From NCBI GenBank assembly GCA_050084985.1, contig JBITNC010000002.1:26102001-26166000 (forward strand): a stretch of 64,000 nt of DNA, given 5' to 3'. The stretch is from Nageia nagi (taxonomy: Eukaryota > Plantae > Pinophyta). The translations under genes were made by a program, and so were the position numbers. The notes under the pieces were generated by a model. It ran no database searches. It was not told where the DNA came from and saw nothing but the letters and a program-made list of their open reading frames with translations. Below, in pieces: positions 24,870 to 38,229 of the stretch. Position 1 is the stretch's first letter, and every line of letters begins with the position of its first letter.

Positions 24870-27140
24870 TCCAAGAGGCTTTGATTAGCCCATTCTTGGA
24901 TCCCAATTTATGATACCCATGTTATTCGCGATCCTAGCATTTGAGGCCAACAATTAGATATGTTTCTTTGTGAGCATATACTATAGTAGTGGCCATCTCA
25001 ATTTGTGATGTCAATGGTCACACATGTTCCCTTGTGAGCACATCCTCTAGTGTTGCAACTTTGTATTGCTATCTATATTCGCATAAATCTTGTGATTATA
25101 GTTATCATGTTGAGAATAAAATTTGTGCTTGATTCCATTCATAGTAAAACAGGTGTGAATTCTATGGGATAATGAAATAGACATGTTGGCCTTTTGGTGA
25201 ATGTTTGTGCAAATGGTGGAAGAACTAGAAGGCACCTTGAACAACTTCTCTTCAGATGTTTTGTTATTTTCACTTCTACATTAATGTCAATTCTTATTGT
25301 TGTCAACATATAGTGGGTTAAGATCAATTTGTTGCTTGACATTAATCCCTCCAAACTATTGCTCTTTCAATTTTATTTGCACTACTATCATGCCCAATTT
25401 GTTCATCTTTGGAGGTTGCTATAAACATTGATCCTTCCTAACCAAGTGAATGTATTATCACTTGCATTCATTGTAAATATACAATTACAATATCAATTTC
25501 AAAATGCTTAAAACACACAAGTAAACCCTAACGTTTGGTCTAGGGCATCCAGATAATGCATACACAACACCACAATGCTAATGTTTGGCCCAAACTGGCA
25601 GATAACAATATAGAACAATTCAAAATGCCAACGTATGGCTCATACAATCATATACATGCAAAGATAATCCAACGTTGCAAACATGAGCAAATACATAATG
25701 TAAATTGAAGATCAAATGGCCTAATGCTTGTATAAATGATATGAAATAGCAATAATACAAATACCAAGCTCCCAAAGTTGGGTGTTGGCCTCCAAGGAGC
25801 TAATTAGAGCACAACAAATGTCCTCAAGCTAGATGAACGAATGGGATAGTCTTGCTCCCTTAGAACCGAAATCCCCTCCACCAAATGAGCCCTCCTCTGA
25901 TCCTGGAAACCACTGAAGGTAGAAGCACAACCTCGGAATACCATCGGATGGGCAAGGGTGGTACTTCAATGCCATAGACTAACAAGATCCCTTAGCTTAC
26001 TAATCCTCTTAGATGTTTCACCTAGGGGTTTGCTTGGCATTGCGCTAAGTCTCTTGTCTTCTAAAAGATAGGTGTAAAAATAATAATCAAGTATATCCAG
26101 CTATGAGGCTTCAATGCCTTATATAACACTTTACTGGATCTAGATCTCACCTAAGAGTCATCACCCTACTCCTTTACACCAATGTTAGCCTCCTAAGGGC
26201 CTAAAATGTCCAACTTGGGTGCCTAAGGGTCAAGCATGCCCAACGTGGGTATCCAGGATCCATAAATTCCAACATGGGGGTCTAGAGTGCCATGCATGCT
26301 TAACGTGGGTCTAGGAGCCATGCATGGGGGCTAGGTGTCATCATGGGCCAACGTGGGGGTCTAGGAGTCTCCCCAATGCTAACACATGTACATTAGTGCT
26401 CATCCATCCACCTAAGTGCTAAATAGACCTTGGGATTCCCACAATCATGATCGAGATATCGAAGTACAATAAAATTCTTAATCTATGCTGGGGAGGGAGA
26501 TGTCCCACTTGGGGTTCACAATGGGGTCCATTGACCCATTAAGTCTTATATCCCAAGTCGTAACTTAAAGCATAATAACAATAATAAAATATAATACAAA
26601 GGGGAACCCATTGGATTCCATAATTATTTACACGTATGCAAGGAGGATGTGACATTCATTTATCGTATGGTCCTTATGTTGCTTATATGTAGCCATTGAA
26701 ATCATGCTTTGCATGCACTCTTTGAGAATGACTTATCCTTACCTTTTCACATTTGGTTGCTTCCTTTTGAGAGGCTTTGATTAGCCAATTTATGGATCCT
26801 ACTTTGTGGTACCCATGTTATTGATGATCCTAATCTATGATGCCAATGATCACTAAGGTTTCCTTGTGAGTGCATCCTGTAGTAGTAGCAATCTTGAATT
26901 GTGATGCCAACAATCACCCATGTTCACACAAACCTTATGATGAGAGTGAATTTGTGCTTGTTGCCATTACTACTGAAAGGGGTGTAAGTTCTATGGTGTA
27001 TAGAAATAAACATGTTGGCTTTTTGGAAAATGTTTGTGCATATGATGGAAGAGCTTAGAGGCACCTTGAACAACTTCTAAATAAGGTCATTATAAACATT
27101 GATTCTTCTTGAATGAGTAGATGTTTTATCAATTGCATTT
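24870..27140. repeat. Diverged tandem duplication (about 24870-25471 and 26770-27140) interrupted by a solo LTR
   Basis: Shared blocks TTGATTAGCC...GGATCC...TACCCATGTTATT, AATTTGTGCTTG...CATGTTGGC...GGCACCTTGAACAACTTCT and ATAAACATTGAT. Confidence 0.7.
25472..26654 (-). mobile_element. Solo LTR related to the 2471-8281 LTR family
   Basis: TGTAA...TGACA ends with perfect TSD TTCAT (25467-25471, 26655-26659). Shares GCCTCCAAGGAGC and ATGAGGCT..AA..CCTTATATAA...GGATCT.GATCTCACCTA blocks with the LTRs at 2471 and 6939. Confidence 0.9.
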
Positions 27141-28149
27141 AACTCATTTTAATATTCCAATTTTCAAATTGTAATATTTGTGGTGGATTTGAGTATTGAA
27201 TTTTGGATCCTTTATCACATTGTTGTCACAGTTTGCTTCCTCCTTGTTTTTGGAGTGCTTAATTTTTTGTTAGAAGCCACACCCACATTGATCTCTATTA
27301 AACAATTGAGCTCAAACCATGGTAATCACAACACATGTTGAGAAGGTGATTGAACTCACTAATATCATGATGTGAATGACATCATCATGTCTATATCATC
27401 AATATATTGTGCAAAGTGTGAAGTTATAATTTTTATAATGGAACTAAAAATATTGAGGTGTCTGCGATTTGGATTATGAACATGGAAAAATGGTTTGAGT
27501 TCAATCAAACCCTTACGGTTGATAAAAGTTGTCTATGTTGAATTGGAGCTTTCAAGAGTAGAAAAAGTGATGCTTATCAAACATGCTAAGGTTGTAAAGC
27601 CTTGACTTCATATAGTCTTATTTAGTAGTCTTCCATTTCTTCATGGATGGATCTTAATGACATCTTGAATCAAACATTATATCCTCCTAATTACATATAA
27701 TATCTTAATATCAAATGGATTTGTATTTGTTAGGGTTTTAGTCAAATTGTTCAAGAATACACTGCTTATTTAATCATTTATGGATATTGCTGAATTGAAC
27801 AAATCTTGAACCTAAAATGATTTTCAAGTTCAAAAGTGGATTAGTTGACCTTTTTTTCATGAGTTGAAGTTTCTTGAGTTACACACTCTTATAATGACCT
27901 ACAATCATGCTTAATTGGCCAAGGAAAAGTACCTTTCTTTCAATATACCTCCTTGTCCTACATTTTCAAGTTTATGTACTTATATTTCAAAACCCAAGTC
28001 TTCTTTAATTTGACAAATGCATGGCACTTCAAATTAAAAAAGAAAACCATCACATTCTTGTTGATAATATAAGAACAAAGGACATGAGAAGTTCAAATGT
28101 TTCAAATTAAAATCAACTTTCTTTGTATTGTAATTTAGTGCTCCAAAAT

Positions 28150-28350
28150 AAAGAAACTAAGCACCAAGTTGAAGATTTATTAACTAAAGGATTTATCAAA
28201 CCTAGTGTTTCTTCTTCGACATCACTTGTCCTTTTAGTGAATAATATGGATGTTACTTGGTATTTTGCATTGATTTTCGAGCACTTAATAAAATCACCAT
28301 AAAAAACCAATTTTCTCTTCCCCATATTGATGACTTTGTTAACTAACTTC
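28150..28350 (+). pseudogene. Gypsy reverse transcriptase fragment
   Basis: GFIKPSVSSSTSLVLLV....TW...DFRALNKITIKNQFSLPHIDD, the canonical RT N-terminal motif, with a frameshift. Confidence 0.8.
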
Positions 28351-29439
28351 TCACATTACTATGGTAGAAGCTCTAAAATCTATCATGCAATTATGTATAA
28401 TACCATCAATTTGAAGGGGAAATTAGAAAGGTAAAATATATCATGCAATTATTTATAAAACCATCTTTTTGAAGGGGAAAATAGAAAGGTTTTCTTTTTT
28501 GAACAAATGAATTTTATCTCTCTTAATATAGATTTAGGTCTAGTATGTTAAGTCCTCTTTTAATATTCATCTTAAAGATGCTTTTAGTAAACAAATATTT
28601 TTGAAAATAAGTGTGATATTTGAATGGAATTTCTTTAATTCCAAAATATTGTTATATGATGAATCATTATTATATTTTTGAAGCCGAAAGGAAGTTCATC
28701 TAGAAATTGTGTGGCTTCTTTCCTTTGATCCTTGATAATTAAGATTTTACATTTCTCATTCCTCACCTTCCACATGATCCTCTCTTATTTTAGTTTAGTG
28801 TCTTAACTTGTGATTAGTTTCTTGAAGATATCTTCAAGAGGATACTTATTTCCTGTGAAATTTTACTTCAATTTAAAGAACGTCTTCCTTTGTTTGGTTT
28901 TTTCTTCAAAAAATAAATCCAACACCATTATATAACTTATTTTTATTTTTTCAATAACATATTTCTATTTTTTAGCTCATTTTTTCTCTTAGTACTATTA
29001 AGAACTAGTATTAATATACCAATGAAATACTTGCATTATGCAACTCAACATAGATTGAATAGCATTAGTGTTCTTGATATAATAATCTAGTTAGAAGTAT
29101 TTACTTTATATTGGTAGCATTATATATCAAAGTGCATCAAGTTTTTATTATGTAGGAATATCTCATGTTCATATCCATCAATGTTTTTGCCATCATAGTG
29201 ATATTGTTGTCGATGAATATCTTAAATTCTTACATATGATTACTAATAATAATAATAATTTGATATTAATATCCATGAGTGACCAAAAAAGTAGTCAATG
29301 GGACTATAGAAAAATAAATATAAGAGTAGCTAGGAAGTGCCTAGAGTGACTTGAAAGTGTAAGAGAGAAAAGTAGACAAAGAAAAAGTAGTAGGATTTCT
29401 TCAAATTGTCTTATCCATCAAGTCATATTGAAGTAGTAA

Positions 29440-30460
29440 AAGTTGGTATATGAAGATTCAAGGGGCTCCCTTACCATTCGAGGTATAAAAGAAGTTATTC
29501 ATGTTATGATTAGAGGAAGTAACCCTAAAGGGTTTAGTAGTAATGCACCAATGTGTAGACCTTCAGAAGTCATCAAGAATCATGGTGCATTTTCAATTTG
29601 TAGCTTCTTGCAATTGAAAAATGGTTGTCATAAGTCTAGATCCAATTGTGTTGTAGAATCTACTAGTGATCAAGCTTTGTTTGACATGGATGGCTTCTTG
29701 AATATAAAGTGTGAGGCATTTTTAATCTTCATAATTCATCCATGATTTCAAGGTAAAGACAAATTTGAGTAGGTAATGGTATTGAACTCAATTTTTCATA
29801 GTAGATAGGGCAAATGAATATAAAATGCTATTCGTATTTTTGTTCCATATTGCATAACATGTAGATACACTAGTCTTTAGGGGTATGATGGTTTATTTCG
29901 ATATGTGTAGTTTGACATGCTCAGGGATAACAATAACACCATTCTCCAATCTCATGTATACTTAAAGATAATGTAAGAGATTTGATGAAAGTAATTTTTA
30001 CGATTCAATCCAAATTGGCCTTAAGTAACCCAAGTATATTTCCTTCCTAATCCTTTTGTTGATATCTCTAGTAGAGGGATTAGAGGTTTTTCTTTTCTTT
30101 TCGTTTTTTTTACAATTGGAAGGGAGGAAATTAATCAATGTCTAGGCCTATGGATCAAAAAAGATAAGTGGCCTTTGAGTACCAATAACAACAAATATCC
30201 TTAATTGCAAGTTGCATTGAAGATTTGAGTGCTAAGAGAGGGTGTCTCCTTAAGTCAGGATCTATTGATATCATATAACATATTCTATTAAGTAGTTCAA
30301 CAATATGTAATATTATAAATGTATAGAAAGGATATGCACCAAATTTAGCTAGGATGATAGAATGAAGGATATATATTTTACCTAGAATGGATATTGAGAG
30401 CATATTGACAAAAAACCTTTCAATACAAGCCCATCCAAAGTGTTTCAATCTAGGTCCCTA
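29440..30460 (-). mobile_element. LINE RT remnant
   Basis: Degenerate minus-strand equivalents of (D)xSKA (about 30170-30195) and GVRQGCPLSP (about 29925-29955); heavily mutated. Confidence 0.45.
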
Positions 30461-30950
30461 GGCTTAAATAAATATAATGTAGAAGTAAGTGAAGCCAAAA
30501 AGAGAGTTAAGAGGATTCTTAAAAGTTAGGAGGCTAGTAAATATAGGTTAGATGAAGCTCGTACTATGGGTTGATATTAATTGTAATTATATGATGAGAT
30601 ATAAGCAAAAATGCTTAATTAGAATATAAGATAATGATTTTTGAAGTGTTTTAGAAAATAAGGTAATACAATCCTAAAATAAAATTTGCCTTATTTTCTT
30701 AGAATATTTAGAAAATTCTCATCTTACTTGATTTACTTCTTTGAAAGACTAAGGGTTAGTACCAAATGCTAGAGGTAATAAATACTATCTTGAATATTCT
30801 TAAAGTTAAGAGGTTAACAAAACTTGAACTTTAATATTAATATCCATTGATAACCAAAAAATAGTAAATGAGATTATAGAAGAGTATATATAAGAGGAAC
30901 ATGGGAGTGCCTAAAGTGACTCCAATGAGTAAAAATGAAAATGAGATAAA

Positions 30951-32587
30951 TAAATCACAATATAGGGAGGAACACTCGTAGTCATTGAACATGTTGGTTG
31001 CATGCAAAGGAAATAAAGGGTCATAAGTGTCTCAAACTGACCTTTGGAGAGGAATTCAATCTAGATCGATTTGTTTGGTGAATTCTCTATAATGAGGACA
31101 TTGATGGGTTCATAGATGCTCTGAATGGTCACAATCCTAGCTGGTCGAGATAAGTATCAGATACATGGGATAAGGGCATAGTAGTGGTATATGGGTGCCA
31201 CTTTATAATCAATGCTGAATTGATTGAAGCAGCTACGAGCATGGCCAATTCTGAAAGAGAGCATAGCAGGGAGGTGCGAACACCTATATTCAAGGTGTAG
31301 TCTTTCTATAGGAAGGGGGTGCCTCTACCAAAGAAAAGGAAGTCTACCTACGCCATCGCTTCAATTCAATACCCTTGGGATGGAGTGGTGAAGGTAATTG
31401 TAAAGCTATTCATAATAAAGGGAAAATACTTTGAGCTCTATGGCTTCTAGTTTGTTTTGTTGAATTATTTCAAGCATATGTATAGAGTAAATCTCCCCTA
31501 CTTGCTATTCCACTCATTAAACATTTACATTAGGAGAAATAGGGGAGTGGTGCCTGTGCATCAAGGTTTAATTAATATTCTAGTGGATTTTGAGTGCATT
31601 AGAGCAAGAATTGTGAGGCCACTACTTTAGTAGTTTCCTAAACCTCCTTTAGCAAATCCCTAGCCTTCAGCAACTTCGATATTATCCAACAATAACTCCT
31701 TCATATGGCTTCCTTCAACAAATAGGATAATTACATCTCTGGTGATAGTTATCTCCTCATATTTAGAGGACTCTTTGTCAAAAGCTAAAGAGAGTGAAGC
31801 CACATCAAGGAAAAAAGGTAAATTTGTTATTAAATCTGAGGAAGAGGAGGAGGACGTGGAACCATGCTCTTCGAAAGAAACCCTATTATCTCTTCCAGTA
31901 AAGGAGGAAATGGATATTGAAGGTAATTCTCCTATGGGATCTTAACAATGCCTGGAGAATGTGGTTACCAATGAAGATATCTAGGATTATCTGGAGAAAC
32001 AAAAATAAAAAATGGATAGCTCCAAGAAGGACCTAGAAGGATTGAGTAAATTGAAGACACTAATTCCAAAAAAATTAGAAAATCCACGGGAAGCATAGAC
32101 ATTTTGAGGAAGGGGGCTGAATTGGGAGATGAGGCAAGGAATGGAGGAATTTCATATTAGTGAGAAGGGCAATGAAGGCTATTCAATATCCATGGTCTAA
32201 TAAATAGAAGCTTGGCAGAGATCGTTGGAAGGTAACTCTGGCCTCTACACAAAAGGAAGTTCCTACAGTAATCCCAATTCAAAACATAGATGGTTTATCC
32301 AAAATGGAAATGAATTATTCTTGGAATGTTTTAACAAAAAATATTCTAATTTCAAATTAGATTGGGGCTATGTGATGCATCCAGTGTGTGGATGGTGTGA
32401 CCAAAAAGGAAAATAGAAGGATAGTTTCCTGTAGTATTTTGTTGTAACTACACCAACTCTTAGATGATAGTTTTTTGAATCATATGTAATACTGTAGAAT
32501 ATCTATAAACTTATGTAAATACAAGTGTTAGGGCCTTGAATTTTTGAAAACTTGCTGTAAATTTTTTACCCTTATCGAAAAAAAAAT
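30951..32587 (+). mobile_element. Poly(A)-tailed retroposed element with one decayed non-RT ORF
   Basis: Ends TTTACCCTTATCG(A)9. TSD ATGAGATAAA at 30941-30950 and 32588-32597. It interrupts a repeat whose uninterrupted paralog lies at about 29265-29420. Decayed ORF includes FIDALNGHNP...FIINAELIEAAT and PWDGVVKVIVKLF...VNLPYLLFHSL...VHQGLI. Confidence 0.75.
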
Positions 32588-32699
32588 ATGAGATAAAGAA
32601 AAATAGCAAAATGAGTTTTCATAATGTTATATCCAACAAACTAGTTTACCTATCTTACTTACCTTATCAAGATGGAAAAAGAAATACTTACCTATCTTA

Positions 32700-35600
32700 C
32701 TTACCTAAATCGTAGATTGGACATTAAACACATGAAAAGATGATCATGATAGAATCCCCTTAAAGTGTAGGTACTCATACCTTTGTGAATTGAATCATTG
32801 TTGATATATTTTATTTGAAAAGGACTGTTGGTAGTCCTCTCACATGATAGTTTGATGTTAAGAGAAGTTTTGTTGACATCATTCATTTGTTTAGATATCA
32901 TAAAACATGCACAATTAATCATTGAAAGCTCATAAAGATAATAGGTATTCAAATTCCAATCTTAATAGGTTGTATTGAAAAACACAATATCAATGGTATT
33001 GCCACTATCAAGAATTGATATAAGATTGAATATATATTTCTTGGTAGTGGACTTATGTGATTTGCTTTTATAGGCTATCACTTCTTAATCCAAGATCCTT
33101 AGGCCATGCTTCTCCTAGATAAAAAAAATACATTAGTCCATTATTTTAGGATATATCTAGAAAACTCTTTTAATTAATTATCATTTTGATTCCTAAAATA
33201 TGATTTTTAAATAAATAAAAATCAAATATATGTATCTATAATATTAGTGGTCATTCAATAACTCATAAAATCCTTAATATGGGATACTTATAGCTTGTTA
33301 TGGAGAAAAAAGAAGGCACTATGAAAAGAAATGTAAAAAATGCTAACTTAATTGATGCTCCTTCATAAGTGTTTAATGCCATTTCCTCTCCATGGCCTTT
33401 TTTTATTTGGGGAATTAGTATTTTTGGATACAAGTTCATTATAATATAGCCATTAAATCATTCAAAATAAGGTAGATGTGATATCCCCTTCTTTAAAGAT
33501 TAGATCACAAGTATATACTTCAATTTTAACTAAAATTATTTATCATTGTAGTATTTCATACACCATTATTTTCAATAATGATACTTATTTAAAAAAAGGA
33601 TGTAAAAATGTAATGTAATTATTATAACATATACCATGGATTTTTCATGCCCTATTACCCCTAAGGTAATTTGCAAGTCAAGCTTCAAGTGAGAGTATTA
33701 CAGGAGTACAAATAAAAGTATAAGTTAGGCCAATATTCATATTTCAAATTATATCTTACCTTATGCTTATAGTACTAGAGTTTAAACTCTTAAAGGAACC
33801 ACCCCTTTTTGATTGGTCTATATATATTTGAAGCCATTGTTTCTCTCAAACTTAAAAATCCCACTCTTCAAGTTTTTCTTTATAATCTTATTAAAGAACA
33901 ATATTAGTATAAGGTATAATTGGAAAAACTAAATTATTCGATGAGAAGCACCTTTGATCCATAAAAACTTTTATGAAGTTACCAAAAATATTTCAAATGT
34001 ATAAATACATGTAAATTTTATAGTCAAGAACTTATTATTGGTTACATAATTCTTAAAATAGACTAGAAAAATATTGACCTAAGTCATGAAAAGAAAGGAA
34101 AAATTAAATCTTTGACCTTTTATAATTAGAGAAAAGTTTTTGGTTGGGTGAATATATGCTAGTCATGCTTAAATGATTAAAGTTTAAAGAACCTATAAAC
34201 ATCATGCACCTAAAAGATTTTTAATACCCAACAAGTTATACTAAGAATACCCTAGATCCCTTAGCTTTGTGATTTATTTCCATCCATGACAAATTTTGAA
34301 GCTCAATTTATGATTAAGAAATATTAATTCAAGAAGAGTATGGTGAAGGATTTACCACAAATTCTAATATTTTCCATTTCCATTTATAAACTAAGTAAGC
34401 ATTACCTACACTTGTGCCTTTATTGTTGGAGACTTTGACAAAATAGGAATAAGACCAATACTAATATGAAAGAGCTTGGAATTTCCCAATAGAAGAAGGA
34501 ACTTTCTTAAGCTTAGTTGTTAGGGTTGTTGGTGATTTTATAATTCCTCTTATCATACCATATGCATAAGAAAATATCTCAAAGCTTGATTGAGGTTGCA
34601 GGGAGGCAAATACTTATGTATTTGGCTTCATTATAGAAGCATCGTCCTTAGAAAGACTCTCATTATTGGTGAATATGGCATTGAATTTCATTCTTAATGC
34701 AACGAAGGATGAAAATAAGTAACTAAAGGATAACATTTGTTTGGACTTTGAGAAATATTTTTGAGTTCTTGCATGGGCTTATGATTCAAAATATAGTGAT
34801 TAACCCTATTAATATTTAACATATTATTAGACTACTGTTAGAGAGTATAAAAGATTCTTCAAATGTAATAGATAAGGTTTATGGTGCTCTATATTTTCTT
34901 TCTTAGAGATATGATAAAGCTAGTCTTACTTCAACACTTTCTCCTTATCTAATATACATAAATAATGCTCTCCTTGCAATTGCAGGTTGGAATAATGATT
35001 TTGACTCTCATTTAATAAAATCTACATATTATACTTTGAATGAAATTATGAGGTGTTCTACCCAAGAAAATGCTAATAGTATTATGTAATTTTTCCTTGT
35101 AAGTCAAATAATGAAACTCCAAATTATATCTTCAAATGATAAAGAGAAGCAAGGTAATTTTTAGGTATTATTGTGGTGTTGCATGTAATTATATAAATTT
35201 TTTGACATATAGAAGTAGTACAATATATTATTCAACAATATGCTAACTAAATAACGTATTTGTTTCTACAAGTATTTACTTGAAGAAATGCCACAATGCA
35301 TGAGGAAGCCATGTTTTTGTTACTAATCTTGAATTTGTTAAGTATATGCCAGAATTATACAAGTATATTGAAATGGGTCTACAAGATTTTGGAAAATATA
35401 AAGTTTGTGCAATAAATGTAGGTGTGGTAGGGGACATCTATCATGCTTTGGATGAAAAGGTTGTTAATTCTCAATTCAAGTGAAGCATTAAATTCTATGA
35501 GTAACAAATTATTAAGCTAAATAAATGCATATAATATTTTTGAAAAGTATGCATCAACATTAGTTGCATTATAAGTAGGCAAGGATTCAAATATAATATC

Positions 35601-38210
35601 TTTAGGAATTCAACCTTACTTGGTGTTAGATTACAAAAATATTCAAATCTTGAGGGGAGCTTTTGAGCCTGGGGTTTTACTAAGACATAATCCAAATGAT
35701 TGTTAATGTTAAATTACATAAGGTTTTTGAAGAAAATATAAAGTAATTCCAAGAACATAAACCTCTTATCTTGAAGAAATAAACTCTTGAAACTGTAGAA
35801 ACCTCCTACCTTGAAGTAATTAACTCTAGAACTAAGCAAAAAGTAAAACTACAAAAAACATGCATCTTACATGGAAGATATCTTTAGGAAGAGATCATTT
35901 ACAATATAAATGGTCAACCCATGACTCTTGGGGTTTGTTCATTCAAATTACAAATAGAGTCATGGGTTTCTGTTTAAATTGTAAATGATCTCCACTTTAT
36001 CTAGGATCTTATACTCTTTTGCTACTATACTTGGAATCTCCCTATTGTATTGTGTATATGATAGTTTAAATGAGGGAGCTAGAAGGTACAATATTTTAGA
36101 TTTTATATCTAAGATTATTTTATGATTCAAAAATGTTTTTTTTAATATTTTAGAATTGAAGTTCATTGCAAGGGATCAATTAAGATAATGTATCACAAAC
36201 CTATCATAATATTAGTAATACAAAATAAATCTTGAGCAAATAATATTAACCCCAAAGGAAGATATAAGATAATATTTTATGTTGTACTTCAATTCATTTT
36301 AAAACACGATGATACATAAGAGACTTAAAGAATCTAGAATATATATCAATACAATAAAAGAAAAGTATTATTCCACCTAATGAATTCATTTGTTCCAATA
36401 TTCTACCCAACTCAACATCAATTTTTAGTCAAGACCAAAAAAAGGCTATTTGGTAAATTGATGAGAGTTTTTTATACAGGTACCCAAAACCCTAAATAAC
36501 AGATTTATAATAGTATTTACAACATCCTACCACTATTTATTTTATACAAAATAAACTATAAATTCAAAAACCTACATGGTATCCACAATTTGGACCCAAT
36601 TCTATACAAATACTAATAGAGAGCTTTTTTCAATCCATAGTAATTTTGCTACCATAGTTGTAGCATTGCAATCTAAGGTCTTCTATGCGACCCTCATTCC
36701 TTTCCTTGCTTTAGAAGAAACCCTCTTTCGAAACCATCAATTGTTGATTATTTACCATATGCAACTTCTTTGGCAGTTTCTTTTTCTTTGATCTCACCTT
36801 CATTCGATTGTCCAACATGCCTTTGTCCAACATCAAGATTTTTTGAGGAACTCCTTATGATTATACAGTTACCCACCCTCAACTTTGATTTTCATTATAA
36901 TCAGATAAGTTTTCTAAAGGAGAATCTTGTTGCCTCTTTTTAGGATTTACATGTTTCCATCCCTCATTCTGAATTTGCATAGCCAAGACATATTCCCTAT
37001 GATAATTACTTTCAACATTATCTTTTACAATGACTGAATCATCTGAAATAGGCATAAAATTATTGAAGTTCTCTATATCTAATAGAATCATATCAGATGC
37101 ACCAATGACCCTTTCATTAGCTACAGTTATCAAATTTAGGGATTCAAACACCACAATGAAGATATTTGTTGGATTTGAATGCTTCTCATGTGCTTTTTTC
37201 TTATCCTCCAATTCCTCTTATACTTTGTTGTTTGCATTCTTTGTAGTAATAAAATGGGTATCTATGATTTTAATAATTGCCTCATCGCTCAAGTTATTAT
37301 TTACTTCCAAGATTTCTCCATCTATAGATCCATTATCCTCATTGAACATAGCTTTCTTTAGCCTTTAGATTTTTATAGCTATGCATGATTTTATGTGATG
37401 ACCCATCTAGCTGCAACCTAAGCAGAGATAATTATTATCTTCATACCTTAGTTCTTGAATCCATTCGCCCAAGTCTAATTCAAGAGTTATTGATTTTGGG
37501 AGCTTCATCCCAATACACAAAACCTAGCTTCCACCATTCTTGATCCGACTTTAGTCATATAGTCTATAGTAATGAATTTGATGAAAGAGTTCATGATTCC
37601 TTCAAAAACAATTTGGTACCAAAAATCAAAGGGAAGGTGAGGCGAGGAGATCCAAATTGGGGCACACATTATCTTTTCCTTAAGGGGGTTAAAACCAATT
37701 TTCCACTTCTCTAAAAAAAGACCTCAAGTTTCGAAAAACCATGGGGAGCTTAGGACATAGTCCTAGTCTTTTGCATTTTCCAAAATAAACATCATATAAT
37801 CATTCAATATTGTAATAATTTGTATACTCACTTTGACCTTCCATTTGTACTTCACTCACCTTTGAACATCATCAATATTTAGTTTTGCCCCCTAAAGCTT
37901 CCCAACTAAGTTGAATTACCCTCTTTTTGTGATTAAATTAGTGATTTCAAAAGGAATGCACAATTTAAATCCACCATTAACTATAGTGGTTGGCTCTAAT
38001 GGTGGACCTGTATCCACACATGCCTCCTATGCAAAGAGACTTTATCAAGAATGATTCATAGTTTCCATATTATCTAACCATTGAAAATGCCCTTGAAAAC
38101 TATCACCATGCACCACTTTTGTGAAGGAGCTCCACCTTTCACCAAAAACTTGCTTGCCTATTTGAATTTCCTTTTTTTCCAGGTTATCCTTACCCAACTC
38201 AACGTCATTG
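32700..38210 (-). mobile_element. L1-clade LINE, near full length, highly degenerate
   Basis: ORF1 DUF4283-like SPWFFET*GLFLEKWKIGFNP (about 37685-37750), PIWI..PHLPFDFW and CCHC-like CLGCS*MGHHIKSC (about 37380-37430). An ORF2-sized AT-rich region follows, with an RNase H-like GDS motif near 32755. Boundaries approximate. Confidence 0.7.
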
Positions 38211-38229
38211 CAAGAAGGTGTTAAGATCC

